Positions 38,290-48,513 of a stretch of DNA of 49,325 nucleotides are shown in pieces; within the stretch, counting starts at the first letter, position 1, and every line of letters begins with the position of its first letter. Origin of the DNA: an uncultured archaeon. GTDB lineage: Archaea; Thermoplasmatota; Penumbrarchaeia; JASLWR01. The translations under genes were made by a program, and so were the position numbers. The stretch lies in NCBI GenBank assembly GCA_964342815.1, contig CAYFHS010000029.1, positions 1 to 49,325 of the forward strand, read 5' to 3'. The notes beneath the pieces were generated by a model. It did no database searches. It saw nothing but the letters and a program-made list of their open reading frames with translations, and was not told where the DNA came from.

Positions 38290-39246
38290 TCAGTAGTGGA
38301 TCGTCCTGGTACGGTGATACGGCAGATCATCCGGAGATTTGTCCTGGCCCTGAAGCCATAATTGATCGTTGATATATATGGGCTCGATGTGTGTATTTCT
38401 TTCAGCCAGACGTCTTCTGATCAGTTCCACGGCCCATATTGTATTGGCCCTAATCTCCACCTCCTCTTCGCTGTTCTCGGGAATCAGATTCATCCGGTCC
38501 ACTTTCACGGCCAACTCCTCCGAATAGGCGAGTATCCCCATCTTTCTCAAGACCTGTGGTATCTTGTAATCGGCAAAGGCGGTGAGCTTTTCAATATTTG
38601 TCAATTGTCCATAACCCTGGCCTCCAAAGAGATTGTAGATGTCCGAGACCAGCAGCTGAGCGCGTTTGTAAAAAAATATTTCCCTATCCTTATAGAACGA
38701 AATATCAGCGAATGAAGGAAAATTCTCAACTATCAGGTCAAGTAAAATAAGAGCATCGCCCGAAGCTTTATTCATTACGGCGGTGAAGGAACCGTTGTAC
38801 CTGTCAATAAGAGTGGAGCCGATCTCCTTGAGTATTTCCAGACGTTCCTCGAACAACGGTATGGGAACGTTGCCTCGGAAAAGATAGGAAAGCTCGTCAG
38901 CGTCAAGGGAAGCCATATAACCGGCATCCAATAGTAATTTCCCTTCCTCTATGGCTCTTCCGAAGGCGACCACCATTCCCCAGGCACCGTCATATTTTTT
39001 ATTTTTATAATCCAAGGTCCATTTCGGCTCGCCCCAGTAGCAGAAATTTATGGAATTGAATACAAATAAAAAATGCAGTTTCTCCAGGTCGCTGAGAGAA
39101 GAAAGGTCGAAGGGAGCGTCAGAAAGCCAGTGTTTTGAGTCACCGGCCCTGAAATTGTCCGAGAACTCATGAAGCCGGTTCATTTTTATTTTTACTTGAA
39201 CCGAATTTTCCATTACATATTTCGTGGCATCCAGTACGGGGTTCAT
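38290..39246 (-). CDS. Queuosine salvage family protein (Q_salvage / QNG1-like)
   Basis: FVFNSINFCYW, F.DIS.Y.....FYKRAQLLVSDI, LTAFADYKIPQVLR, EEVEIRA.TI.AVE, ND.LW, PYHRTRTIHY terminus. Confidence 0.88.
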   Translation of the reverse strand: MNPVLDATKYVMENSVQVKIKMNRLHEFSDNFRAGDSKHWLSDAPFDLSSLSDLEKLHFLFVFNSINFCYWGEPKWTLDYKNKKYDGAWGMVVAFGRAIEEGKLLLDAGYMASLDADELSYLFRGNVPIPLFEERLEILKEIGSTLIDRYNGSFTAVMNKASGDALILLDLIVENFPSFADISFYKDREIFFYKRAQLLVSDIYNLFGGQGYGQLTNIEKLTAFADYKIPQVLRKMGILAYSEELAVKVDRMNLIPENSEEEVEIRANTIWAVELIRRRLAERNTHIEPIYINDQLWLQGQDKSPDDLPYHRTRTIHY

Positions 39247-39304
39247 GAAATCCGGTAAATGCCGCCATTTTATAAACTTTTTAGGACGGAGGAAAACATG
39301 TTCA

Positions 39305-42300
39305 TTATTTCTTTTTACTCCCCGGTTTTCGAACTTTCATACCCCCCACTGTCTCGTCCGGCAATCCATCATCGGTCTCCTTCCCGCCGCCGTCACCCTT
39401 ATCTTTTTTTGAACCTGTCACCGAGAACATATCCATGTATCCATCAACATCCTTGTCGTACGATTCCGGAACCGTTTCGGTCCTTTTCCCCTGTCCTTTG
39501 AAGAACTCCTCATCCATCCTCTTCTGTTCCATCCGGCTCTGTATCTCTCGGTAAATGAACACGCAAATGAGACAAATTGCAAGAATAAGGACTACAATCC
39601 AGAACCATTGGCCACCACTCTCCACATCCCTGGGAACTGGGTCGACCATAGTGTTATTGACCACCAGGTTCATGGTGTCGGTTCGCCATCGGCCCGAGGT
39701 ATCCGTGACCTTCAGCGTGATGGTGAAATTTCCGGAATTATTGAAGGCATACGTCGGATTTACTCCCGTGAGGGTTTTCTGGCCTACATCGTTGAATGTC
39801 CAGATATAGCTCAGTATTCCTACATTGTCACTGCTTCCGCTGCCGTCAAAAGTTATCGTATCACCACGGTCGACGTAAAGATCGGGTCCGGCCACGGCGA
39901 TGGGGTATATCACGTCCAGAATTTCTCCGTACAGGGTGAGGAACAATCCGCCTGCTGCAGCGTTCGGATCTGTGATATTGATGGATATATAATTGCCTGA
40001 TACGAATACCAGATTGCTGTCATTATACATGGTCCAGTTGCCCGTGGTGGCGTTCATGTAATAGAGCCGTATGGAATCGGGATCAGCATTTTCGGGAACG
40101 GCATTACTTCCCGCCGTCAGATCGAAGCGGATCTCCAACCACTCCATCCAAAGGTAATCGGTACTTAAAGATACCACATTCCATTGGCTGTTGTTTTCCA
40201 CACCCCCAAGGCCGCTTTTCAACTCGACTTCAGCGTCTCCACCGCCGATATTGCCAATCCTTAGTTCAATATCCAGCAACGGAAAGGAAGACGTATCGAT
40301 CTTCCGGCCCAAGACCGAAATCGTTATGATCTTCTCGTCCCTACCACCCCTCAGGTCGTCCACAATTAGTTTTATCTCATGCAAACCTGGACTAAGAAGA
40401 GCCTTGAAAGCCGATAACGGGCCTTCGTAAAGAAGGCCGTCAAGGGTGGAGGTCCATCTGTATCTCAGGCCATCCCTATCAGGATCATTTGAAGAAGCCG
40501 CGCTGAAATCGATCTCGTCGATCTCCTTGAACACCGCCATTGGAGCAGGGCTGTCAATTAATCCAACGGGAGCATTGTTCGGCGCACCCAGCGAGTAAAT
40601 TTCACCAGCAGCACTGGAAACGTAAACCTTTCCCTCCCATACAACCGGGGTGCCGTTGGTTGCCGCACCCAGCGACAGATTCCATAAGACAGGGTTCTCG
40701 GAAGGTGTCGGAAAAGAAATGTTCAATGCGTACAGCGTGCCGGTGGAATCAATAAAATAACACCTGCCGGGACCACCAACCATAGGCGAATTGATGCTTC
40801 CAAAACCTTCTATTACATCGATGGGTGTGAATTTTTCATCGAGTATTCGGATACCTCCCACCGTTCCAAGGGCCAGATGCCCTTCTTCGCCAATCTTTAC
40901 AAGACCAGTTGTTGGAATATCCGCCAGCTCAAGCAGCTGGGTGGAAGTATTGGTCACCGGATCATAACTGACAATATTCCCATCACTGAAAACCGCATAG
41001 ATCATGTCGTTGAAATAAGATGCCGTCATGGGACGGGAGGAACCCAATATCTTCATTCCCAGTATCGTACCGTTATAGAGGTCGAACAAGGTTATTTTAC
41101 CATCATTATCCATCATGGTGAAGGTATCACCAAATATTACTGGTATGGTGTTACTACCAGATTCCATATCGATTTGCCAAAGCACCTTTCCGTCATCGTC
41201 GTCCAATGCAAATACAAGACCGCTTTCAGTGGTTACGAATACGAGCCCGTGTTTTGCCATCACGGGGGATATGGGATCCAGGAGCGCAGGATTATCATAT
41301 GTCCACAATATGCTTCCTCCGCCCATGAGGTCGAAACAACGCAACTTATAGCCCTGGTATGGAACGAATATCTTATCCCCTAGAACGCTGGCCGATGAAA
41401 GTGCGGGTTCCGGGGAATCAACTCTCCACTCATGAGAGCCTGAAAGATCATACTGGTCATATGCCAGCAGTGAGCCGGATCTGCTCGTCACCAACAGGAA
41501 ACCCTTGGAGATGACAGGTTGGAAGAGACTGCCGCCGGGTGATGCATGCCCTTCCTCCCGGTTCGTATCCACAGGAATTGGACTGTAGCACTCATGTTCA
41601 ACTCCACCCATGAAAAAATTCCACTCTTTCGTGGGCGGAGCGCTTACCGTCAACTCCTTTGCATTCAGATGGTAATCCGGATAAGTCGTGTCCTCGGGAG
41701 TTATGTTGAAAATTTTCACATAGATGAACCACGTACCCATTCTTGCCTTCCACGTTATATTGGTGCTGGCAAGTGACTGGGGGCCCACCGTCAGATGGTC
41801 CGAACCTATGAATTCCTTCAAGGGATATCTTACATACGATATCTCCAGTTCCATCTCACACTCGATGGTATCATTATTCTTTACAATAACCTCTATATTC
41901 ACCATCTCCCCCTCGTAGGGGTTTGGATCGTCGTAGGAGATGTCGAATACCTTTACATCGGGCCTTCCAACAGCTATGATCTTACCATTGTTTGGATTGT
42001 TCCCGTTCTCACAGCTCTGGTATAATATACCGTTATGAATAACGGGAGCCGCTCTGCACCTCATGTATATTCCCGTGTACAATTCGAATATCTTCTCCGT
42101 TGAGAGATTACCCCAACCATATAGGTCAAAACAGTACAAGTGATAACTGAGATCACCCACGTATACCCTGCCGTCGGCAACTATGGCTGGTGCGCTTATG
42201 TACCCTGATAATTGGACCTTCCAGATCGGCGTACCGGTGGAAGCGTTCAGGTTGTAGAGGAAACCGTCCCAGGAACCGAATATCACACTGTTGGTCTCTG

Positions 42301-43282
42301 GTACAGGGGTCGGGCAGGACCGTACGGCATCACCGGTTGCCGCATCCCATAAAAGGCTTCCATCGGTCAGAGCAAGGCAGTGAAGCTTTCCATCCTCAGA
42401 CCCAATGAATATGCGGTCTCCCATGATGGAGGCCGAACCTGTGATGCCTTTCTGGGGAGTATACTGCCAGATAATGTCTCCCGCCGTCCCGGACGTGTTG
42501 GTCTCACCAGAGTAACCGTCGTTTCCGTCCTGAAATCCGTTGATATCGAGACAGGTCACATTTCCCTTGCTGCCATCCTCGTTATAAGTTCCGAACACAA
42601 GACGATTTCCCGATATCGCTGGGGCGGATTTTACCATGTAATCTTCACCGCACCAATATTTCCAAACCAGCAAGTGGGTTATGGTATCCACAGCATAGAA
42701 ATAACCATCCAAAGAGCCGAAATATACTGTTTCCCCAACCACCTTTGGTGATGAATCCACATCGCCCCCCGTTGTAAATTTCCATTCCTCCTCCTGCGTT
42801 TCCCGATTAAAAGCATACATGTTCCCGTCTCTGCATCCCACGTAGATCATGTCACCCACCACACACGGTGTTGAAACCACCTGGGAAGGGAAATGATATT
42901 TAAATATCTCCTGACCTGTATTCGCATCGATACAATATAGATTATAATCCGTCCCTCCCACGTAGATAAGTCCGTCGATAACAGCGGGGGTGGCCGAGAA
43001 ATCGGCGGCAAAATTTGTGTTCCAAATAACGTCGTTCGTCCTTGGAGCCGAATTAGGATAATTGAAAGAGTTCGTCCCGTCGTACCCATACATGGGCCAA
43101 GAACCTTTATCGGTGGTTCTCGTTGCCCGGTCATTAAAAAAAGTGGTAGTATCCTTGTTCATGAGTACATCATTGGCGGTATTCGTATTCTCTTTGTTTT
43201 CTGCAGGAAAGCCCTTCATTGCAGTACCAATAAGTATCATTGATATAAATACCATAATTATTGATTTATAAACTCTTTGCAT
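39305..43282 (-). CDS. Large secreted PQQ-like beta-propeller protein with CARDB and PKD modules and C-terminal TM anchor
   Basis: Signal peptide. WPMYGYD..N, many SxPxVxxGxIYVG..DG.LY repeats, two PKD-like modules (FSAASSNDPD; ITFDGSGSSDNVGILSYIWTF). TM WFWIVVLILAICLICVFIYR. Confidence 0.88.
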   Translation of the reverse strand: MQRVYKSIIMVFISMILIGTAMKGFPAENKENTNTANDVLMNKDTTTFFNDRATRTTDKGSWPMYGYDGTNSFNYPNSAPRTNDVIWNTNFAADFSATPAVIDGLIYVGGTDYNLYCIDANTGQEIFKYHFPSQVVSTPCVVGDMIYVGCRDGNMYAFNRETQEEEWKFTTGGDVDSSPKVVGETVYFGSLDGYFYAVDTITHLLVWKYWCGEDYMVKSAPAISGNRLVFGTYNEDGSKGNVTCLDINGFQDGNDGYSGETNTSGTAGDIIWQYTPQKGITGSASIMGDRIFIGSEDGKLHCLALTDGSLLWDAATGDAVRSCPTPVPETNSVIFGSWDGFLYNLNASTGTPIWKVQLSGYISAPAIVADGRVYVGDLSYHLYCFDLYGWGNLSTEKIFELYTGIYMRCRAAPVIHNGILYQSCENGNNPNNGKIIAVGRPDVKVFDISYDDPNPYEGEMVNIEVIVKNNDTIECEMELEISYVRYPLKEFIGSDHLTVGPQSLASTNITWKARMGTWFIYVKIFNITPEDTTYPDYHLNAKELTVSAPPTKEWNFFMGGVEHECYSPIPVDTNREEGHASPGGSLFQPVISKGFLLVTSRSGSLLAYDQYDLSGSHEWRVDSPEPALSSASVLGDKIFVPYQGYKLRCFDLMGGGSILWTYDNPALLDPISPVMAKHGLVFVTTESGLVFALDDDDGKVLWQIDMESGSNTIPVIFGDTFTMMDNDGKITLFDLYNGTILGMKILGSSRPMTASYFNDMIYAVFSDGNIVSYDPVTNTSTQLLELADIPTTGLVKIGEEGHLALGTVGGIRILDEKFTPIDVIEGFGSINSPMVGGPGRCYFIDSTGTLYALNISFPTPSENPVLWNLSLGAATNGTPVVWEGKVYVSSAAGEIYSLGAPNNAPVGLIDSPAPMAVFKEIDEIDFSAASSNDPDRDGLRYRWTSTLDGLLYEGPLSAFKALLSPGLHEIKLIVDDLRGGRDEKIITISVLGRKIDTSSFPLLDIELRIGNIGGGDAEVELKSGLGGVENNSQWNVVSLSTDYLWMEWLEIRFDLTAGSNAVPENADPDSIRLYYMNATTGNWTMYNDSNLVFVSGNYISINITDPNAAAGGLFLTLYGEILDVIYPIAVAGPDLYVDRGDTITFDGSGSSDNVGILSYIWTFNDVGQKTLTGVNPTYAFNNSGNFTITLKVTDTSGRWRTDTMNLVVNNTMVDPVPRDVESGGQWFWIVVLILAICLICVFIYREIQSRMEQKRMDEEFFKGQGKRTETVPESYDKDVDGYMDMFSVTGSKKDKGDGGGKETDDGLPDETVGGMKVRKPGSKKK

Positions 43283-43537
43283 GCCATTACCTCATTCATT
43301 GACCATAGTATGGTTGAAAACCATGAACTATCCAAGTATTCATAATATTCTCATTATATTATTAAATAATATTGCAGTCAACTACCCCGCTTAATAAAAG
43401 TCAGGGAGACTGATAAATGATACTCGGAGCATCATCTCGTTAAAAAAGGTAATGTCTTCTTTATTCAGAAACTTCAATGCATATATATCCAAAAAGACAA
43501 GAAAAAACCGTAGAGAAGATAACGTGGTCGTCCGGAA

Positions 43538-43810
43538 CTATAATTGTGAAAATCCCATGGATTGCTCGGTGGGTGCAAGACGCCATACACAGACCTGATA
43601 GCTTCCGGAACTCCTTCCCGCGCAGGACACCCTGGTTTCCTTTCTCACTTTCATGAACTCGCCGTATTTTCCAAGAATGTTGCCCAGCTCGCTTACCGTA
43701 GTACCGTGTTTGAGAACACCGTTGATATGATCGCGAAGCTGTGTGGTGTCCATTTCTCCGTACATTCCCAATATAGCCTTTGCTTTTCTTCTCAGGATCT
43801 TCTTCGACAT
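43538..43810 (-). CDS. Small DUF3860-like winged-helix protein (90 aa)
   Basis: MSKKILRRKAKAIL..GEMDTTQLRDHIN..LKHGTT..ELGNIL.K...GSYQVCVW resembles the euryarchaeal DUF3860 pattern from memory. The 233-aa ORF-track version is probably over-extended. Confidence 0.65.
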   Translation of the reverse strand: MSKKILRRKAKAILGMYGEMDTTQLRDHINGVLKHGTTVSELGNILGKYGEFMKVRKETRVSCAGRSSGSYQVCVWRLAPTEQSMGFSQL

Positions 43811-44094
43811 CGTAATACCTTTCCTAAATTTCATCAACGAACTTGACTGGGAGACCATTTTAAGGATAGATCCGACCCCATCCAATAATCTCATCCTATC
43901 GGAATGAGAATGAAACACCACGATGACTCGGGGGGATGCTCTCTCAAGGCCACCCCGAGGGGGTCTCATTATAATAACGCTATGTTTAAGGATATTTATA
44001 AAGGTTAGTTTTCTAACAGTTACATTTTTCTGTAACTGTTTTATTGAATAATGAAGGGCATACCTATATATATTGAAATTCCCTTTTAACGAGC

Positions 44095-44853
44095 ATGGAG
44101 CACTACAGGAAAAACATACACATAATACCGGTTGCTTTCGATATAGACGGCATAATTTCGGGGTTGAAGGAAAGACCTGCATACAAAGCTGTACTTCTTC
44201 ATTTATGGATCGAAGAGAGCAGGGAAGAGAAGATAGCACGCCGTAATGTCAATACCATAAAGAAGAGTCTCGAACCCATAACAAAGGTGGAGATATCCGA
44301 GATCGTATCCGCCGATGTCCACGATATCCTATTGTTAGTTACGAAGATCATTACAGGATACCCCGTGGACAAATATGTGAGATATGTGAATGTTTCCTCA
44401 GGAACACCGTTATTGAACTCAATACTATTATTATCTGCCATGGTGAAGAAATGTCAGGCCTACGTAGTTTCACCTGAGAGAGTAATACTTCAACCTTACA
44501 GAACACAACTGACGGCAGGTGCCAGGGCACCATGTTTTCTCCCGCATACTCCCCTTGCACTTCCCAGTGACGAAGAGACTTTCATACTGAGTATTCTTAT
44601 TCACCACGGGGGCAGCGTGGAAAGCCAAATGCATCTTCTGGAGGAGCTTGAAAAATTCGAGTTCTTCAAACCGGAAAAGTATTTCCAGAGACGCCGAAAA
44701 AAGATATTGGCCAATAGAAAAACCATGCTTACGAGACTTCTAGGAGGGATGGAAAGAAAGGATCTTATCGTGAGGGAACATCTGGGGAGGACTTCCAAAA
44801 TACACATTACTCCGACCGGAAAATTCCTCAACGCAGGAAGCAACAATGAATAA
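44095..44853 (+). CDS. CARF-like Rossmann domain plus wHTH transcriptional regulator (HFX_2341/DUF6293/Csa3-like)
   Basis: IHIIPVAFD beta1, YVNVSSGTPL CARF-type motif, AYVVSPE. C-terminal helical HTH with LERKDLI..R.GRT.KI.IT..G wing. Confidence 0.75.
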   Translation: MEHYRKNIHIIPVAFDIDGIISGLKERPAYKAVLLHLWIEESREEKIARRNVNTIKKSLEPITKVEISEIVSADVHDILLLVTKIITGYPVDKYVRYVNVSSGTPLLNSILLLSAMVKKCQAYVVSPERVILQPYRTQLTAGARAPCFLPHTPLALPSDEETFILSILIHHGGSVESQMHLLEELEKFEFFKPEKYFQRRRKKILANRKTMLTRLLGGMERKDLIVREHLGRTSKIHITPTGKFLNAGSNNE

Positions 44854-45805
44854 AAATAGAGAAATATTATTTTGTTATGTTTTATCTCGAAATGTTAACG
44901 AGATAGCATGAAACTTCGAGATAACTGTTTGTCAGTCCATTAATGGTCAATAACCATCATTCTTAGACATATCGTTCTATAAAGGTTGAAATACTGTTCA
45001 TATTGATAATTAATATTCAGTGACAGCCAACATAGAGTATATTAGACGATTTGTTAAAATGTTAGTATTCAAGGATATAAAAATCACATATTATCAGGAT
45101 CAAATTGACAGCACATTTTCTCGCAGATCAATTAGTGAAAACAGGTAGCCAGTAGATAAATATAAGAAATGATTTCCGGGAAAAAACTCCAATTCCGCCA
45201 ATCAGGTCTGAATTTGAAAATTCTTTTCATATTTTACATTATAACAAATAGAACCCATTTTAAGATAAAAAAAAAATATCCTGAGAATGAACCGAATTAT
45301 TATTGATATGCATTTATATGAAATTAATTCAATGTCCGGGGGTAACATTTCAATTTTTTATCGCTTCATTTCATGTTACTTTCGCATAGCCAGTACTCTT
45401 TTTTTTTGGAAAAGTTCCAGTGGAAACGTAGGGGGCTCTTGGATTTAGGGCCATCAAAAAAAAAGTCGGCAGGGTAGAAAGGAAAGTTATATTAAGGGTT
45501 AGCATAATGAGGGTGCATCGGTAGTTTGGAGCAGACTTCTCGGGACCAAATATGGATAAATAAATATCACGTGTGACCGAGATTTCCTGCCATCATAGGG
45601 AATATTGTAAAAATGTTAAAAAAAAACAAATAACGGCCTTCCGATTTAATACACAAGCAACCAGCCAAATATTACTTGTATAACGTGAAAAACGGAACGA
45701 ATTTCTCTTTCATAGAAAACCGATATTAATTCAACCCGGGAGTGGGTAAGGAGATTTCAAGGAGGGAAACACATACCGCCAGATGGAAATATATTCGATT
45801 CACAC
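44854..45805. other. Probable chromosomal replication origin (oriC)
   Basis: ~950-nt AT-rich, gene-free interval directly upstream of cdc6/orc1. Contains a canonical ORB and long A/T tracts. Confidence 0.75.
45414..45435 (+). promoter_or_regulatory. Origin recognition box (ORB)
   Basis: GTTCCAGTGGAAACGTAGGGGG matches the established archaeal ORB consensus including the G-string. Confidence 0.9.
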
Positions 45806-47176
45806 ATGACATCGAGGTCAATCTTCAAAAACAAAGAGGTTCTCAGACTGGGTTATACTCCCAAGATTCTTCTTCACAGGAACGAGGAAACCGGCCGGCT
45901 TGCAATGGCGCTGTCGGACGCTCTGAGTGGGCAGACACCCTCAAATGTTTTCATATGTGGAAAACCAGGCACCGGCAAGACCGCAACTACGAAATTCATT
46001 GGAGAACAGCTGTTAAAAAAGATAAAGGAGATCAATTCCAGTTACAAACGGATGGTATTGAACAATTTCTTCGAAGAGCTTTCTTATGACCTTGCCGAAG
46101 TGAACTTACCAGTATCGGGATTGCGGAACAACATACTCGGAATCAAAGATGTTCTTGGGGAAGAATTAGCAGAGGAGATCGAACGTAACGTTAAATATAT
46201 CTATATCAACTGCAAGCACGTAGATACGAAATACCGCATACTGACCAATATTGCCAACAGCTTCATAACCGATTGGAAGGAACGGTTGCCCTTTACAGGT
46301 CTCACCACAGACATGGTGGTAAAAAAGTTACTGAGATGTATAGAAAATTATCACGGAGTGGTAATTATAGTGCTGGACGAGGTCGACAATCTCCTAAAGA
46401 AGAGCGGGGACGACGTATTGCACATACTCTCCAGACTGAACGAAGACCTTAATAACTCCACAACAGGCCTGATCTGCATATCGAACGATGCAAATGTATT
46501 CAATTTGATCGATGCGAGAGTCAATAGTTCTCTGTCGCTGGATATCATGGTATTCAAACCTTACAATGCAGTCCAGCTCCGCGACATCCTGAAACACAGA
46601 GCGGAAAAAGCCTTCAACGACGGCGTTCACTCCCAGCCGATAATCAATCTCTGCGCGGCATATGCGGCTAGAGATAATGGAGACGCAAGAAGAGCGCTCT
46701 CGCTTCTGATGGTTTCCGGAGAAGTGGCGGAAAGGAGCGGCGCCGATAGGATCGTAGAAGAACACACCAGATTAGCTCTCGAAAAGATCGAAACCGACAG
46801 CGTAAGCGAAGTGGTCAGAACCCTTCCAATTCACCTCAAGATAGCACTTCTTTCAATCCACTTACACCATGAGCAGGGGCGAAGCAAGATCACTACCGGA
46901 AGCGTTTACGAATCATACGTCCAACTTTGCAGAACCAGAGGAATCTCCGCGCTCACCAAGAGAAGAGTAAGCGATTTTATATCGGAACTCTCGACACTGG
47001 GAATAATAGATGCCAATGTGATATCCTATGGCAGAGATGGGCGAACCAGGATAATTCGTCTTGCAGCCTGTGACAGCACTATTAGCGACACCTTATCGAG
47101 AGACGATGAGATAAAGGATCTGGTGTTCCAGGAAACATACCCAAGCGTACCTCGGGTACAGACCCGACTGATATGA
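45806..47176 (+). CDS. cdc6: Orc1/Cdc6 replication initiator
   Basis: LGYTPKILLHR..E, GKPGTGKT, YINC, IVLDEVD, RVNSSL, PYNA.QL.DIL..RA, GDARRAL, C-terminal wHTH GRDGRTR. Confidence 0.96.
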   Translation: MTSRSIFKNKEVLRLGYTPKILLHRNEETGRLAMALSDALSGQTPSNVFICGKPGTGKTATTKFIGEQLLKKIKEINSSYKRMVLNNFFEELSYDLAEVNLPVSGLRNNILGIKDVLGEELAEEIERNVKYIYINCKHVDTKYRILTNIANSFITDWKERLPFTGLTTDMVVKKLLRCIENYHGVVIIVLDEVDNLLKKSGDDVLHILSRLNEDLNNSTTGLICISNDANVFNLIDARVNSSLSLDIMVFKPYNAVQLRDILKHRAEKAFNDGVHSQPIINLCAAYAARDNGDARRALSLLMVSGEVAERSGADRIVEEHTRLALEKIETDSVSEVVRTLPIHLKIALLSIHLHHEQGRSKITTGSVYESYVQLCRTRGISALTKRRVSDFISELSTLGIIDANVISYGRDGRTRIIRLAACDSTISDTLSRDDEIKDLVFQETYPSVPRVQTRLI

Positions 47177-47179
47177 AAA

Positions 47180-48403
47180 TCAACCGAGCCGGTGGTATTC
47201 TGCAATTATCCGGTCCGCCATGATATCCGAGGACAACCTTTTCTCGATTGTCTCATAAGAGCTGTTGGCCATGGCTGGAATTTTCGCTCGCTCGGAATAG
47301 GCCTTAATGAAGGTCTTTTCCATTATTTTTATGATCTTCCTTTCCGGCTGAATTCTTCTGGTAGAAAACACAGAGAAAAAATCCATGAGATAAGCTTCTT
47401 TTCCCTCCCGTACCAGTTCAGGCGTACCGCCCATGTTAGAAGCTATGACGGGAATCCCCTGCTGCATCGCTTCCAAAACAGCCATGGAGCAGTTCTCGGG
47501 CCAGATCGAGGGGAGAATAAGGAAGCTCGCAGTAGAAAGAATTTCCGTCAAGTGCTTGCGAGGAATGAAACCCAGGTAGTCGATCTCCTTATGTCTCCGT
47601 GAATAATCACTTACATCGTTCCCCAATGGTCCCTCACCGGTCAGTGTTAATTTTATTCGGTCCCTCTCTCCGTCGTCTATTCCGTCAAGGAACATCTCAA
47701 AGGCCTTCAGCATGGGTATCACCCCTTTTTCCGGGTACAGTCGTCCTGTGAATACCAGATGAAAAGTGTCCTCGGTGGTTCCGACACTGGCTCTCCTGCG
47801 ATATGGGCTACCGGTAGTAGGGACTCCGTTATGTACGGTGCTTACTTTGTTAAAACCATGCTTACGGATCTCTTTTTCAAGGAACAGGGAAGGAGCGATC
47901 ATGGGAGTGTCCTTGAGGTATCCCAGCCATCTATTCCTTTTTACAAGTTCGTAACGATATTTTATAGGGCCGAGACAGTTCTTCATGTCACATTCATTCA
48001 TGCAGGGAAGAGAGCGGTCCCGAAGGAATTGGATGGTTTTCGGGCAAATGATGTGATAATCGTGAAGTGTCAGTACAGCAGGAATTCCACAGTTTTTGAG
48101 AAAATAGGGAGATATTGTTGAAAAAATATTATGTGCGTGAACGATATCGATTTCATATTTTTTTATTGTCTTCCCGATAGCGCGGGCGGCGGCCCCGTTC
48201 CTTATCCTCGCCCAGGGGTTGATAGGATGGTGGGAGAAAACGATGCGGTCCCGTGGTAGAATGGTCTTGTCAGACCCGCCTCTTGCCGATGCAAATAGGA
48301 AAGATTCGATCCCTCTTTGTTGAAGAGCTTCGAAGAGATGGTAGATATGGCTTTCCGCACCACCGACAGCAGTGCCGATTTCGTTTACGAACAGGATTTT
48401 CAT
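47180..48403 (-). CDS. Glycosyltransferase family 4 (GT-B)
   Basis: GGAE, DIVHAHN, TLHDY, TGRLYPEKG, ENCSMAVLEAMQQGIPVIASNMGGTPELV. Confidence 0.93.
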   Translation of the reverse strand: MKILFVNEIGTAVGGAESHIYHLFEALQQRGIESFLFASARGGSDKTILPRDRIVFSHHPINPWARIRNGAAARAIGKTIKKYEIDIVHAHNIFSTISPYFLKNCGIPAVLTLHDYHIICPKTIQFLRDRSLPCMNECDMKNCLGPIKYRYELVKRNRWLGYLKDTPMIAPSLFLEKEIRKHGFNKVSTVHNGVPTTGSPYRRRASVGTTEDTFHLVFTGRLYPEKGVIPMLKAFEMFLDGIDDGERDRIKLTLTGEGPLGNDVSDYSRRHKEIDYLGFIPRKHLTEILSTASFLILPSIWPENCSMAVLEAMQQGIPVIASNMGGTPELVREGKEAYLMDFFSVFSTRRIQPERKIIKIMEKTFIKAYSERAKIPAMANSSYETIEKRLSSDIMADRIIAEYHRLG

Positions 48404-48513
48404 TCAGTCACTCACATAGGTCCGTATTAACCATTAAAAACCTGGAACAATTATTTATAAATAACCCCAATTAAATAACACTGGACCTATATATACACCT
48501 TCGAGGTGCTCAC

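Noticed and set aside
43811-44239. N-terminal extension of the 233-aa minus-strand ORF
   Set aside because: It overlaps the divergent CARF-like gene and the promoter region. Recognisable similarity starts only at the Met at 43810.
46030-46185. Intein or intron in cdc6
   Set aside because: No intein terminal residues or splicing motifs, the frame is open, and no bulge-helix-bulge was seen.
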